The notes beneath the pieces were generated by a model, which saw only the letters and a list, made by a program, of their open reading frames with translations, was not told the origin of the DNA and made no database searches. Made by a program: the position numbers and the translations under genes. A stretch of 31,382 bases of DNA from an uncultured archaeon. GTDB taxonomy: Archaea; Asgardarchaeota; Lokiarchaeia; Sigyniarchaeales; SOKP01. Positions 1-8,830 of this stretch are shown here, in pieces (the first letter of the stretch is position 1; each line of letters begins with the position of its first letter). The stretch lies in contig CAZGJX010000045.1 of the NCBI GenBank assembly GCA_964525635.1, positions 1-31,382 of the forward strand, in the 5' to 3' direction.

Positions 1-520
1 CTAATGATGTATCTTTTATTATTTTAGAAAGAAAATAACTAATAAACGAAATTATGATACTGATTACAAAAAAAATCAGAAAAGGAACTAGAAAATTATG
101 TAAATCAATATTAATGTTAGTTACATTTGAAAAAGCTATTAGTATTGGTGCTAATGTAAGAAGAACTGTTGAAAATATTTCTATTTTTGATACTGATTCA
201 TTTAGAAGTTTAACAGATGATATAAGAAATATAATTAAACCTAAACTTGTTATAGGTTGAACGATGATTATTCCAACGAAAGAAACAGCTATAATAAAAG
301 GAATCCATCCAATAATTCCCAATAAAAATCCTGTAATCCAAATTTTATTTTTAAAAAACTCATAAAATGATTTTATAATATTTACTAAACCATTTTCAAA
401 ATCTATTTTTGGTAAGCCTTGTAATAATCCTTTCTTCTGAAAAACAAATCCAAGAGAAAAACAGAATGTTGCTATTATAGCTAATAAAATACCAACAGAA
501 ATAGTAAAATAATCTGCCAT
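1..520 (-). CDS. DMT-superfamily (EamA/NIPA-like) membrane transporter, 3' end runs off the window edge
   Basis: Not in the ORF track. Manual translation from ATG at 520 is open to the edge: MADYFTISVGILLAIIATFCFSLGFVFQKKG...KNKIWITGFLLGIIGWIPFIIAVSFVGIIIVQPITSLGLI... Multiple TM helices plus the QKKG, W..G and IVQP motifs of NIPA/DMT proteins. Confidence 0.75.
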   Translation of the reverse strand, partial: MADYFTISVGILLAIIATFCFSLGFVFQKKGLLQGLPKIDFENGLVNIIKSFYEFFKNKIWITGFLLGIIGWIPFIIAVSFVGIIIVQPITSLGLIIFLISSVKLLNESVSKIEIFSTVLLTLAPILIAFSNVTNINIDLHNFLVPFLIFFVISIIISFISYFLSKIIKDTSL

Positions 521-588
521 AAAAAATAACTATTGACTATATATTGAATATAAGTAATATTTTATAATATTTTATCTGTAATAATATT

Positions 589-1383
589 ATGGATGCTGAA
601 AATATAAATAAAAACTCAGATGAGAAAAAGAATCAAATAGAAAAAAGAGTTGAACTTCCTATGCATGAATTTTTCATTATTAATTTTTTCACATATTTGA
701 TTCCTCTCTATGTTTGTCTTGGAATTATATTAATTTTCGAATATTTTCTCATTTCAATTGTTACTATCGACTTAATATGGCATATAACACTTTTACCAGT
801 ATTCCTTTTATTTATTTATTATATCTATATCATAATTTTTATTGAATTTGCAGCTTTTTGGATTAGAAGATGGAATAAAAAAAGTCTTCCACAACAAGGA
901 ATATTTAAACGTATCCTATATGATAAAAAATCAGAAGAAGGAGTACTTATAAGATATTATCATAGACGAGGTTTTATATTAAGACTATGTATATGGATTA
1001 GTTCAAAATCACCTTTTCCATGGCTTCTTAATCGAGCTTTAAGAAGAGTAGGTCATAATAAAATTGGAAAAAATGTAATTTATTGTAATAGTTATGTTGG
1101 TTTAGAATTTACAGAAATAGAGGATAATGTTTTTATATATCCCACATCATTCATTTCTAGTCATAGTGTTACATCTATTTTTGGAAAATTAAATTTGATC
1201 GAAATCAAAATTGGGAAAAATACAATAGTTTATCCAGGAGTTAATATAGGTCCAGGAACTCAAATAGAAAAAAATTGTGTAATTTATCCCAATGCATTAT
1301 TACATAAAAACTGGAGAGGAAAAAAAGATAAATGTTATTATAAAGGAAGTCCTGCAGTTCCTTTTGATATCGAAGGAATGTAG
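589..1383 (+). CDS. Membrane-anchored left-handed beta-helix (hexapeptide repeat) acyltransferase-like protein
   Basis: Two N-terminal hydrophobic segments, then hexapeptide repeats (KIGKNVIY, EIEDNVFI, KIGKNTIVYPGVNIGPGTQIEKNCVIYPNALL) and C-terminal Y.GSPA. Confidence 0.7.
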   Translation: MDAENINKNSDEKKNQIEKRVELPMHEFFIINFFTYLIPLYVCLGIILIFEYFLISIVTIDLIWHITLLPVFLLFIYYIYIIIFIEFAAFWIRRWNKKSLPQQGIFKRILYDKKSEEGVLIRYYHRRGFILRLCIWISSKSPFPWLLNRALRRVGHNKIGKNVIYCNSYVGLEFTEIEDNVFIYPTSFISSHSVTSIFGKLNLIEIKIGKNTIVYPGVNIGPGTQIEKNCVIYPNALLHKNWRGKKDKCYYKGSPAVPFDIEGM

Positions 1384-1395
1384 AAAGTATGAATA

Positions 1396-2919
1396 TTATA
1401 AATGATTATTCTTGTCATTATTTTCTGATATTTTTCCATGTGCTTCTAAAAATTCTCTATATCGATTTATTTGATCTAATGCTTTTCCCATTAAATCAAA
1501 ATCTTCATAAACAGGTATACTCTGACTTATTAATTCCTTTTTAAATTTATATCTATTTTTATATGCTTCAATACTGTCTGAAATTTTTAACATCAGACAG
1601 TAAATTGGTTTTTTACATGATTTTCTTGCCTTAGTTATATATTTAATAAAAGTTTCATTTAAATCAACATCTCCTTCAAATCCAATATTTGAGATAACAG
1701 ACTCTTCTATTTGACTAAATCTTTCAGGAACTTTAATAAATACAATGGCAGAGATATTTGGATCTCTGTCGATAGTATTTAATGTACGGTAATAAATGTT
1801 TGGATAAGTTCCTCTTGCTCCTAAATCTAGTGGATTTTTAAGATTTGTGTTAACTTCGGGTAAAAAACGTTTTAATTTTTCTATTGTTTTTTCAGAAAAT
1901 TTGGGGATATTAATATTATATTTCTCCAAAATATCTGCTACTTCTATTGTAGAGCCTCCTCCAATTCCTACTACTCCAATATTTCTGGAATTTGGTATGT
2001 CAGTTAGTTTAAAGGTTGCAGCTAAAGAAGATAATTCTGTAGAATTTTTTACTAAACAACATCCTGTTTGTTTAGCTACTGCTTCCCAAATTTTATTGTT
2101 ACCTGCCAATCTTCCTGTGTGTGAGATTACTGCTGATTTAGTAGCATCACCGTATCCTGCTCTCCATAAAATCACAGGTTTTCTGTTTAGATTACATTTT
2201 TTAACGATTTCTATAAAACGATGACCATCTATTTGATTTTTAAGACTCTCAAGATATAATCCAATAATATCTGTACTATTATCAAATAAAAAATACTCTA
2301 AAAAATCAGGAAACGATAAATCAATTGCATTTCCAACTGAAACCATTTTTGAAATAAAACAACCATTAGAAACCGCTAATTGAGATATATTTACGGCTAA
2401 TCCTCCTGATTGAAATATACCTCCAAAACTCCCTTCTATTTCAGATTGTTCTCTACCAAAATATAATCCTGATTCTGGACAGTATACTCCAAAACAATTT
2501 GGACCAATAATTCTTATATTATACTCTTCAGCTATTGATAACAACTCTTCTTCTAAGTCATTTCTTCCAACTTCACTAAAACCAGAACTATAAATGGTAA
2601 CGAAGGGTATATTTCTTTTTCCTACTTCTTTTAATGCATTTGGAACATTATTAGCTGAAATTGCAATTATGACATAATCAATTGGCTCATCTTCTGGAAT
2701 GTCTAATAAAGATCCATACACATCTAAATTAAAAATTTTTTTCCCTTTTAATCGAGGATTAAATAGATATATAGGTTTTTTAAATCTTTCCTTCATAACT
2801 TGAATAAAATAACCCCCAGAAGTAGGATTATATGAAGCTCCAATTATCCCAATGGATCTTGGATAAAATAATTTAGTAAAATCTATTCGTTCAGAACGAA
2901 TTCCAAGAGATTTAGACAT
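1396..2919 (-). CDS. ADP-forming acetate/acyl-CoA ligase alpha subunit (CoA-binding plus ligase domains, no ATP-grasp domain)
   Basis: LFYPRSIGIIGAS, IIGPNCFG, FQSGG, SVGNAIDL, SHTG (phospho-His) and NPLDL motifs. Confidence 0.88.
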   Translation of the reverse strand: MSKSLGIRSERIDFTKLFYPRSIGIIGASYNPTSGGYFIQVMKERFKKPIYLFNPRLKGKKIFNLDVYGSLLDIPEDEPIDYVIIAISANNVPNALKEVGKRNIPFVTIYSSGFSEVGRNDLEEELLSIAEEYNIRIIGPNCFGVYCPESGLYFGREQSEIEGSFGGIFQSGGLAVNISQLAVSNGCFISKMVSVGNAIDLSFPDFLEYFLFDNSTDIIGLYLESLKNQIDGHRFIEIVKKCNLNRKPVILWRAGYGDATKSAVISHTGRLAGNNKIWEAVAKQTGCCLVKNSTELSSLAATFKLTDIPNSRNIGVVGIGGGSTIEVADILEKYNINIPKFSEKTIEKLKRFLPEVNTNLKNPLDLGARGTYPNIYYRTLNTIDRDPNISAIVFIKVPERFSQIEESVISNIGFEGDVDLNETFIKYITKARKSCKKPIYCLMLKISDSIEAYKNRYKFKKELISQSIPVYEDFDLMGKALDQINRYREFLEAHGKISENNDKNNHL

Positions 2920-3306
2920 ATAATTAATAAAATTTATAACATTTTTGATTTTAATAAATAAATAAAATATATATAATCTATATAATTATATAATCGATTA
3001 AATTCTTTATTATTTTAAGATCTTGAAACAATTTATCCATTTGAGGAACAAATATTAAATTCTAACAAAAACTTATTTATATTCTCTTTCTTAGAGACTG
3101 TATAAAAAAAAAGCATTTTTTATTATCTCATATTAACAATTTGATAAAATTGTTGTTATAAAATTAAAAATGACAAAGTTTTTATTCTGTAATGGGACAA
3201 CAAACCCATTTTAGATAACTTTATATTTGCGAATTTACTTTAACAGTAAGATTATATAAAAAATCAAAAAAAAACAAATTAAAAAAAACAAAAAATTATA
3301 TATGTT

Positions 3307-3558
3307 ATGAGGTTCTGTCCAAATTGCGATAACATTCTGATCCCTAAAGAAAAAAAGCTCTATTGTAAAGCATGTGATGAATTCTTTGATCTTGGTAAAG
3401 GACAAAATGATTATAAAATAATAAAAGTCATAAAACATGATGATAAAGAAACGGCTCCTATCATCATTAAAGAAAATCCACGTAAGGATAGAATTTCTAT
3501 CGAAGATAGAAAGGCTTATGAAGAATTTTTTACAGGGAGTGAAGAATCAGGGTATTGA
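3307..3558 (+). CDS. RpoM/TFS/Rpb9-like protein with N-terminal zinc ribbon only
   Basis: MRFCPNCDNILIP...LYCKAC matches the RNA polymerase subunit M N-ribbon; no second CxxC ribbon; acidic tail. Confidence 0.7.
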   Translation: MRFCPNCDNILIPKEKKLYCKACDEFFDLGKGQNDYKIIKVIKHDDKETAPIIIKENPRKDRISIEDRKAYEEFFTGSEESGY

Positions 3559-3587
3559 GTTGTTTTGGGGGTTAGGGGGGTATAATA

Positions 3588-3605
3588 GATTGTACCAATC
3601 TTTTT
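3588..3605 (+). terminator. Putative hairpin plus T-run terminator
   Basis: AGATTG-TAC-CAATCT inverted repeat running into a T tract, about 30 nt after the stop. Confidence 0.4.
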
Positions 3606-3756
3606 CTTAGTTCAATTTAGAATTTTAAAAATAAAAATTATCATTTTTGAATTCTTTATTTTAAATAACTTAAAATAAATTATATCTATTTAAAATCTTT
3701 AGTATTTAATAAATAAAAAAGATTTAATTTAATAATATAGGAATAAAGGTAATAAG

Positions 3757-4197
3757 GTGTTATTTATACCGAATATATATATTAGATATGATATTCTAAA
3801 TCCTAAATACAATTATAGTCTTGGAGATGAATTATTAGGTATATTTTGGATTGAAAATAGAGATGATTATGATAAAAAATTAAAAAGAGTTTCAGTAAAG
3901 ATTGTTGAATTTTATTATAAACATGAAAGGGTAGCAATTAAGTATGCCTGGAATCCAATAATGAATACTCTTAGAAAAAAAATTATAGATAAAAAAAAAA
4001 TAATTAAAGCTGGTGAGACAAAGGAATATGAATTTAATATTAGAATACCAAAAACATTAGAAATTCCAAAAGCAAGAACCATTAGAGATTGGAAATTAAC
4101 TTTATGTTTTTTTGAAAGGACGGAATTTCTTTCTACTACGGGTGTTGATGGAGAAGGTGTATATTTAATTCCTATGGACTATCATCATTTAAGATAA
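3757..4197 (+). CDS. Arrestin-N/Spo0M-like beta-sandwich protein
   Basis: Y..GD.L.G...I...K.KRVSVKI and I.AGETKEYEFNIRIP patterns are typical of arrestin-N/Spo0M folds; GTG start after AAGG. Confidence 0.5.
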   Translation: MLFIPNIYIRYDILNPKYNYSLGDELLGIFWIENRDDYDKKLKRVSVKIVEFYYKHERVAIKYAWNPIMNTLRKKIIDKKKIIKAGETKEYEFNIRIPKTLEIPKARTIRDWKLTLCFFERTEFLSTTGVDGEGVYLIPMDYHHLR

Positions 4198-4277
4198 ATG
4201 TGTTTGGCGATTCTCCCTAAAAAATCCTGTATCAATTTAAAATAATACTAAATAAATATACAAAATTTATGAGTTAA

Positions 4278-4682
4278 ATGTCTGAATATAAAGAAAAAAG
4301 AAGAAAATTAATAGGATTTGCTGGTGTTATAGATAAATTTTTTAATCCCCTCAATAATATAGAAGAATTTAGAGAAAGGTTTAAAGATACAAACCTAAAA
4401 ATATTATTAAACGCAATTGATGGAAGATATGCTGCCTTAGTTAAAATAAGCAATGGAAATATAGAAGTAGAAGGATATAAAAATAAAGAAAGAGAAAATT
4501 TAAAGAGAGATATATTAAATTGGGAGGGTAAGTTAGAAACAACCTTACATTTATTTCTAAAAATAGCTAATGGTGAGTTATCTACATTATCAATAATAAT
4601 AAAACTAATTATGAGAAAAATAAAAATTAAGGGAGTTAAGAAGGTGCTTATTTTAAAGGATTTATTTTCTTTTATTAAATAA
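4278..4682 (+). CDS. SCP2 sterol/lipid-binding domain protein
   Basis: VKISNGNIEV...LETTLHLFLKIANGELS...MRKIKIKG..K...L matches the SCP2 pattern. Confidence 0.7.
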   Translation: MSEYKEKRRKLIGFAGVIDKFFNPLNNIEEFRERFKDTNLKILLNAIDGRYAALVKISNGNIEVEGYKNKERENLKRDILNWEGKLETTLHLFLKIANGELSTLSIIIKLIMRKIKIKGVKKVLILKDLFSFIK

Positions 4683-5114
4683 TTATTTTAAACTTTCAAT
4701 TTTGAAAATTTTAATAAGAGAACTTAATTTGTTTTCGAGATTCTCAATTTCTATGTCCTTTAAGGATTGTAACACAATATCCTTATCTGAATCAGATATA
4801 TTTGAGAATTTATCAAGAAATTTTCTTAAATAAAAAACATTCTTCGCAGGATTTTTTTTAATATTCAATATTGTATTCCCAATGTATTGTTTAATTAATA
4901 AAGGTTTTTCATGAATAGAATCAATATTAAGCTGTTTTTCTGTGAATCCCATTTTTTTAGAAATAGGATGGTTCATTAAAATATCTTTATAGATATTTTC
5001 TAAGATTGCTTCTCTAGAAAGAAAAGATAATTTAGAGAGATAACTTTCTAATTGAGTGTTCTTACCCTCAATATCTTTAATAATTGAAATTATTCTATTC
5101 CATTTTTCTTCCAT
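4683..5114 (-). CDS. Hypothetical helical protein
   Basis: 143-aa ORF with ATG start, convergent with and abutting the SCP2 gene; no recognisable motif. Confidence 0.6.
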   Translation of the reverse strand: MEEKWNRIISIIKDIEGKNTQLESYLSKLSFLSREAILENIYKDILMNHPISKKMGFTEKQLNIDSIHEKPLLIKQYIGNTILNIKKNPAKNVFYLRKFLDKFSNISDSDKDIVLQSLKDIEIENLENKLSSLIKIFKIESLK

Positions 5115-5398
5115 ATAATTTTAAGTCTCTTCTATAACTATTTTTCTCTAGCTTTTTATTAAAAATAATTTTATTGATATAAATACTTTTTTTCTCAGGA
5201 AATAAATTCAGTTATTATGAAAACTTTATTTATTTATTTATTTAGTATTAGAATTTTTTTTTTGAATAAGTACTAAAAATCCATACATATAAAATTACTT
5301 CATTAGATTTTAATTATTACTGAAATTAATCCTTTAATAATGCCTTCTATATTAAAGAATATTTAAATCAATCTGATTTATTAATAAATAGATAGAAA

Positions 5399-6139
5399 AT
5401 GGTAGAGATGAAAAAATTAGAGGAATTTCAAGAGTATATAAGTTATAAATTCAATGATGAACAGATTTTATTTCAAGCATTAACAACCCCTCAGTTCGCT
5501 AATGAAAGTGGTTTAGAAGATTATGAAGTTTTAGAGACTCTAGGTGATGCTATTATTAAATTAATATTTATTCTTAAGAAGTATAATGAGGGTATAAAAT
5601 CACCGGGAGCAATAACAAAATTAAAACAACAATTAGAAAATGATAATACCCTAAATAAAATAGCAATCCAATATTTCAAACTAGATAAATTTATCTTTAA
5701 ATCAGAGAAACAAGAAGTAGAGGGAACAAAAATATTAGCTGATATTTTTGAAGCGATATGTGGAGCTATGTTTCTTGATGCGAATATGGATATAAAAATA
5801 GTTGAAAAAAAGATTATCGATAAATTCTATGATGATTGGGATAGAATTGTTGAAAAATCTTCTATTTTATATAAGAATATGTTATTAGAGTTTTTGCAAT
5901 CACGATTACGATTCACTCCGATAATTGAGACTGAATTCGAATCTATTGGACCTGATAATAAACCAATATGGATTGCTAAAAATCCTAAATTGTATGATCC
6001 TAATAAGAAAAAGTTAAGAAATTTGAATAAATACATTAAATACTTAAAATCAGAAAAATTTAAGACCAAAAAACAAGCTGAGCAGTATCTCTTTTTTAAA
6101 ATGTTAGAAATTTTAAAAAGAAATTTAAAAAATATTTAA
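5399..6139 (+). CDS. rnc: Ribonuclease III family protein with C-terminal dsRBD-like region
   Basis: F.D..IL.QALT, signature YEVLETLGDA, LADIFEAICGAMFLD; C-terminal YKNMLLEFLQ...GPDNKP.W...KTKKQAEQ resembles a dsRBD. Confidence 0.88.
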   Translation: MVEMKKLEEFQEYISYKFNDEQILFQALTTPQFANESGLEDYEVLETLGDAIIKLIFILKKYNEGIKSPGAITKLKQQLENDNTLNKIAIQYFKLDKFIFKSEKQEVEGTKILADIFEAICGAMFLDANMDIKIVEKKIIDKFYDDWDRIVEKSSILYKNMLLEFLQSRLRFTPIIETEFESIGPDNKPIWIAKNPKLYDPNKKKLRNLNKYIKYLKSEKFKTKKQAEQYLFFKMLEILKRNLKNI

Positions 6140-6151
6140 TTTGATTTAATA

Positions 6152-6517
6152 ATGACAAAAAAGATAGAACAGAAAGATTTCATATTAAAACATTACAGAT
6201 GTAAATTTTGTAATGCAACTCATGAAGTAAAAATAAATAAAAACATGCTTGAAGGTCAAAGTAAATATCCATTTCCTTATGTTTTTTTACATGATTCTCT
6301 ATTAGATGGTGAAGTAATTGAATTATTAACTATTTTATATATAGATAGTGATGGTAAAATAAGAGGTACAGAAATTCAAAAGCTAGGAGATAATAATCTT
6401 TTTTCTAAAGAACAAGTTTTTAATATTGTCAAACCCCTTGTAGAGGAAATAGAAAGATTACAAGAAGATCGTTCAGACTTAATGCAGCAGATCGAGAAAT
6501 TAAAAAATCAATCTTGA
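6152..6517 (+). CDS. Hypothetical CxxC protein with C-terminal coiled coil
   Basis: CKFC...H, YPFPYVFLH, LYIDSDGKIRGTE and heptad-like tail; starts 12 nt after rnc. Confidence 0.65.
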   Translation: MTKKIEQKDFILKHYRCKFCNATHEVKINKNMLEGQSKYPFPYVFLHDSLLDGEVIELLTILYIDSDGKIRGTEIQKLGDNNLFSKEQVFNIVKPLVEEIERLQEDRSDLMQQIEKLKNQS

Positions 6518-7098
6518 TTAATTTTTAAAAATTGAATTAATTTTGTTATAGCTTTGCTTCTATGAGAAATATTATTCTTTTCTTCAATTCTCATTTCTCC
6601 AAATGTCTTTTGAGGATTGTTTTTAGGAATAAAGATTGGATCATAACCAAATCCTTGAGAGCCTCTAATCATTTTAGATATAATCCCTTCAACTTTTCCT
6701 TCAAATATATAATTTTTTTCTAAAGGTTCAAAGTATAAAGCGATAATAGATTTGAAATGGGCTTTTGAATTATCAATATTAGTTAATAATTTCAAAATAC
6801 CATTATTTCCAATAGTCTTAAAAATATAAGAAGAATATACTCCAGGAAATCCATTTAATGGATAATTTATAAAAAGTCCTGCATCTTCAACAAAAAATGA
6901 GCCTTTAACTTTGGTTTTAATAGAATTTAATTTATATAATGCAACTTCTTTTAGATCATTAGCTTGAATTTCGATTGGATTAAGATCAAGTTGTGTTAAA
7001 TCATAATTTATATTTTCCCGTTTAAATATTTTTGAAATTTCATTATATTTATGTGAATTTCCTGTAATGAAAAATAACTGTTGGTTTTTATTATTCAT
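6508..7098 (-). CDS. rdgB: Non-canonical purine NTP pyrophosphatase (RdgB/HAM1)
   Basis: ITGNSHK, EIQ, FVEDAGL, LNGFPGVYS, GFGYDPIF and KNNISHR motifs. Confidence 0.95.
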   Translation of the reverse strand: MNNKNQQLFFITGNSHKYNEISKIFKRENINYDLTQLDLNPIEIQANDLKEVALYKLNSIKTKVKGSFFVEDAGLFINYPLNGFPGVYSSYIFKTIGNNGILKLLTNIDNSKAHFKSIIALYFEPLEKNYIFEGKVEGIISKMIRGSQGFGYDPIFIPKNNPQKTFGEMRIEEKNNISHRSKAITKLIQFLKINQD

Positions 7099-7440
7099 AT
7101 TGATAAATTTTAATCTCCGATCTTTTAAGTAAATAAAAATGAAGGATTTTAAATAACTTTATCAGTTTACATTAAATCTCTAAGATTTGATTAATAAAAT
7201 CTGTAAAATTCTTCTATTATAATTTTCATTAATCTTTTTTTAATTGGATTGTTTTTAATTAGCATTTTTTTTTAAAAAGGTGATAAGTTCTGTACTTTCT
7301 AAATAACATCCTTTCACTTATTTTCCACCTAAAAAATCCAAAAATTTTATTTGTTTTCATTTACTATAAGTCTAAAATGGAATAAGATTGTAAGATTATA
7401 TATTAATTTCTTATAATTTTTAACTTACAAGGGAATAAGT

Positions 7441-7899
7441 ATGGCACGATTACATAGTCGTAAAAAAGGTAAATCGGGAAGTACTCGACCAGCAAGATTA
7501 GAACGACCTACATGGATAGAACGTTCAGCAGAAGAAGTTGAATCTGAAGTAGTAAAACATGCTAAAAAAGGATTGACTAAATCTATGATTGGTCTCAAAT
7601 TAAGAGATAGTTTTGGAGTTCCTTTGACTAAAATTATTACTGGTAAGAAAATAAGCCAAATTTTAGAAGAAAATGGAATAGAAGAAACATTACCAGAAGA
7701 TCTTAAGAATCTCATAAAAAAAGCACTTAAGATTCGAAATCATTTAGAAAATAATAAAAAAGATTTGGATAGTAAAAAAGGACTTCAACGAACGGAATCT
7801 AAAATTTATAGAACAATTAAATACTACAAAAAGAAAAAAGTTTTACCTCAAGATTTCAAATATGATTCTGATAAAATAAGAACCTTGGTAGCAAAATAA
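7441..7899 (+). CDS. rps15: 30S ribosomal protein uS15 (S15/S13e)
   Basis: MARLHSRKKGKSGS, IGLKLRDSFGVP, LPEDL, HLENNKKD...ESKIYR. Confidence 0.97.
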   Translation: MARLHSRKKGKSGSTRPARLERPTWIERSAEEVESEVVKHAKKGLTKSMIGLKLRDSFGVPLTKIITGKKISQILEENGIEETLPEDLKNLIKKALKIRNHLENNKKDLDSKKGLQRTESKIYRTIKYYKKKKVLPQDFKYDSDKIRTLVAK

Positions 7900-7925
7900 A
7901 AAAATGATATTAAAAGGAAAATACA

Positions 7926-8669
7926 ATGGCTAAAAAAAGAAAAGTTCAAAAAAAAACAAGTTTCAAAGAAAAGAATTGGTTTTCAGTAGAAACTCCCAAA
8001 AGTTTCAATAATAAAATGATTGGAAATATTATTGGATTGGAACAAAATCTTATGGGAAGAAAAGTAGAAACGCTTTTATTTGATTTTACAGATAATTATG
8101 ATGATATAACTTGTAAATTAAAATTTAAAATAATTGATGTAGATCAAGAAGCAAAAAAATGTAAAACAATTCTAATAGGTCACGGATATACAAATGATTA
8201 TGTTAGGAGTTTAGTTGAAAAACCAGCAAGTAAAATCACAACTATAGAGAATTACACTACAAAAGATAAATTTAAATATAGAGTAACAACAGTTTGTGTG
8301 ACAATTAAAAGAGCACGAAGTTCTCAGCAAGTAATCATTCGGAAAATAATGAGGGAAATGCTTAATAAATTTGCAAAGTCTTTAAATCATGAAAAATTCG
8401 TGCGAGGTTTAGTTTATGGTGAATTTCAAATTCAAATTGCTAGATTTGCAAAAACAATATATCCTCTTTCCAGTTGTACTATAATTAAAAGTAAATTAAT
8501 TTCTAAACCTGAGGGAGGAGAAGATAAAATGGTTCCTGATGATGATTTTAATATTGTAGAAATTGATATTGAACGATCAAGAAAATCAGAGATAAAAAGA
8601 TCTGAAAGGATAAACGTTAAAAAATATGCTCAGGAAAAAAGAAAAAATGAAAGTAAAAAAAAGGAATAA
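7926..8669 (+). CDS. rps3ae: 30S ribosomal protein eS1 (S3Ae)
   Basis: K.W.SVETP..F, GR.VET.L.D, H....DYVRSLV, TKD..KYRV, K.IYPL.....KSKL; adjacent to rps15. Confidence 0.93.
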   Translation: MAKKRKVQKKTSFKEKNWFSVETPKSFNNKMIGNIIGLEQNLMGRKVETLLFDFTDNYDDITCKLKFKIIDVDQEAKKCKTILIGHGYTNDYVRSLVEKPASKITTIENYTTKDKFKYRVTTVCVTIKRARSSQQVIIRKIMREMLNKFAKSLNHEKFVRGLVYGEFQIQIARFAKTIYPLSSCTIIKSKLISKPEGGEDKMVPDDDFNIVEIDIERSRKSEIKRSERINVKKYAQEKRKNESKKKE

Positions 8670-8830
8670 GAATTACATAAATCTATATTTTATTATAATT
8701 TAATTTTCTATTTGCTTAGTTATGAATTCTTTTTAAAATGAGCAAAATATTCATTTTATATCAAATATTTATTTTTTTAAGAAACAAGGCAATTAATAAT
8801 GTTTAAAATAACTTTTAAATAAATTGGAGG

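Noticed and set aside
54-260. 68-aa + strand ORF
   Set aside because: Antisense shadow of the DMT transporter on the - strand (1-520).
3556-3585. Possible selenocysteine readthrough of TGA in the RpoM-like gene
   Set aside because: It would add only VVLGVRGV, with no redox motif and no recognisable SECIS.
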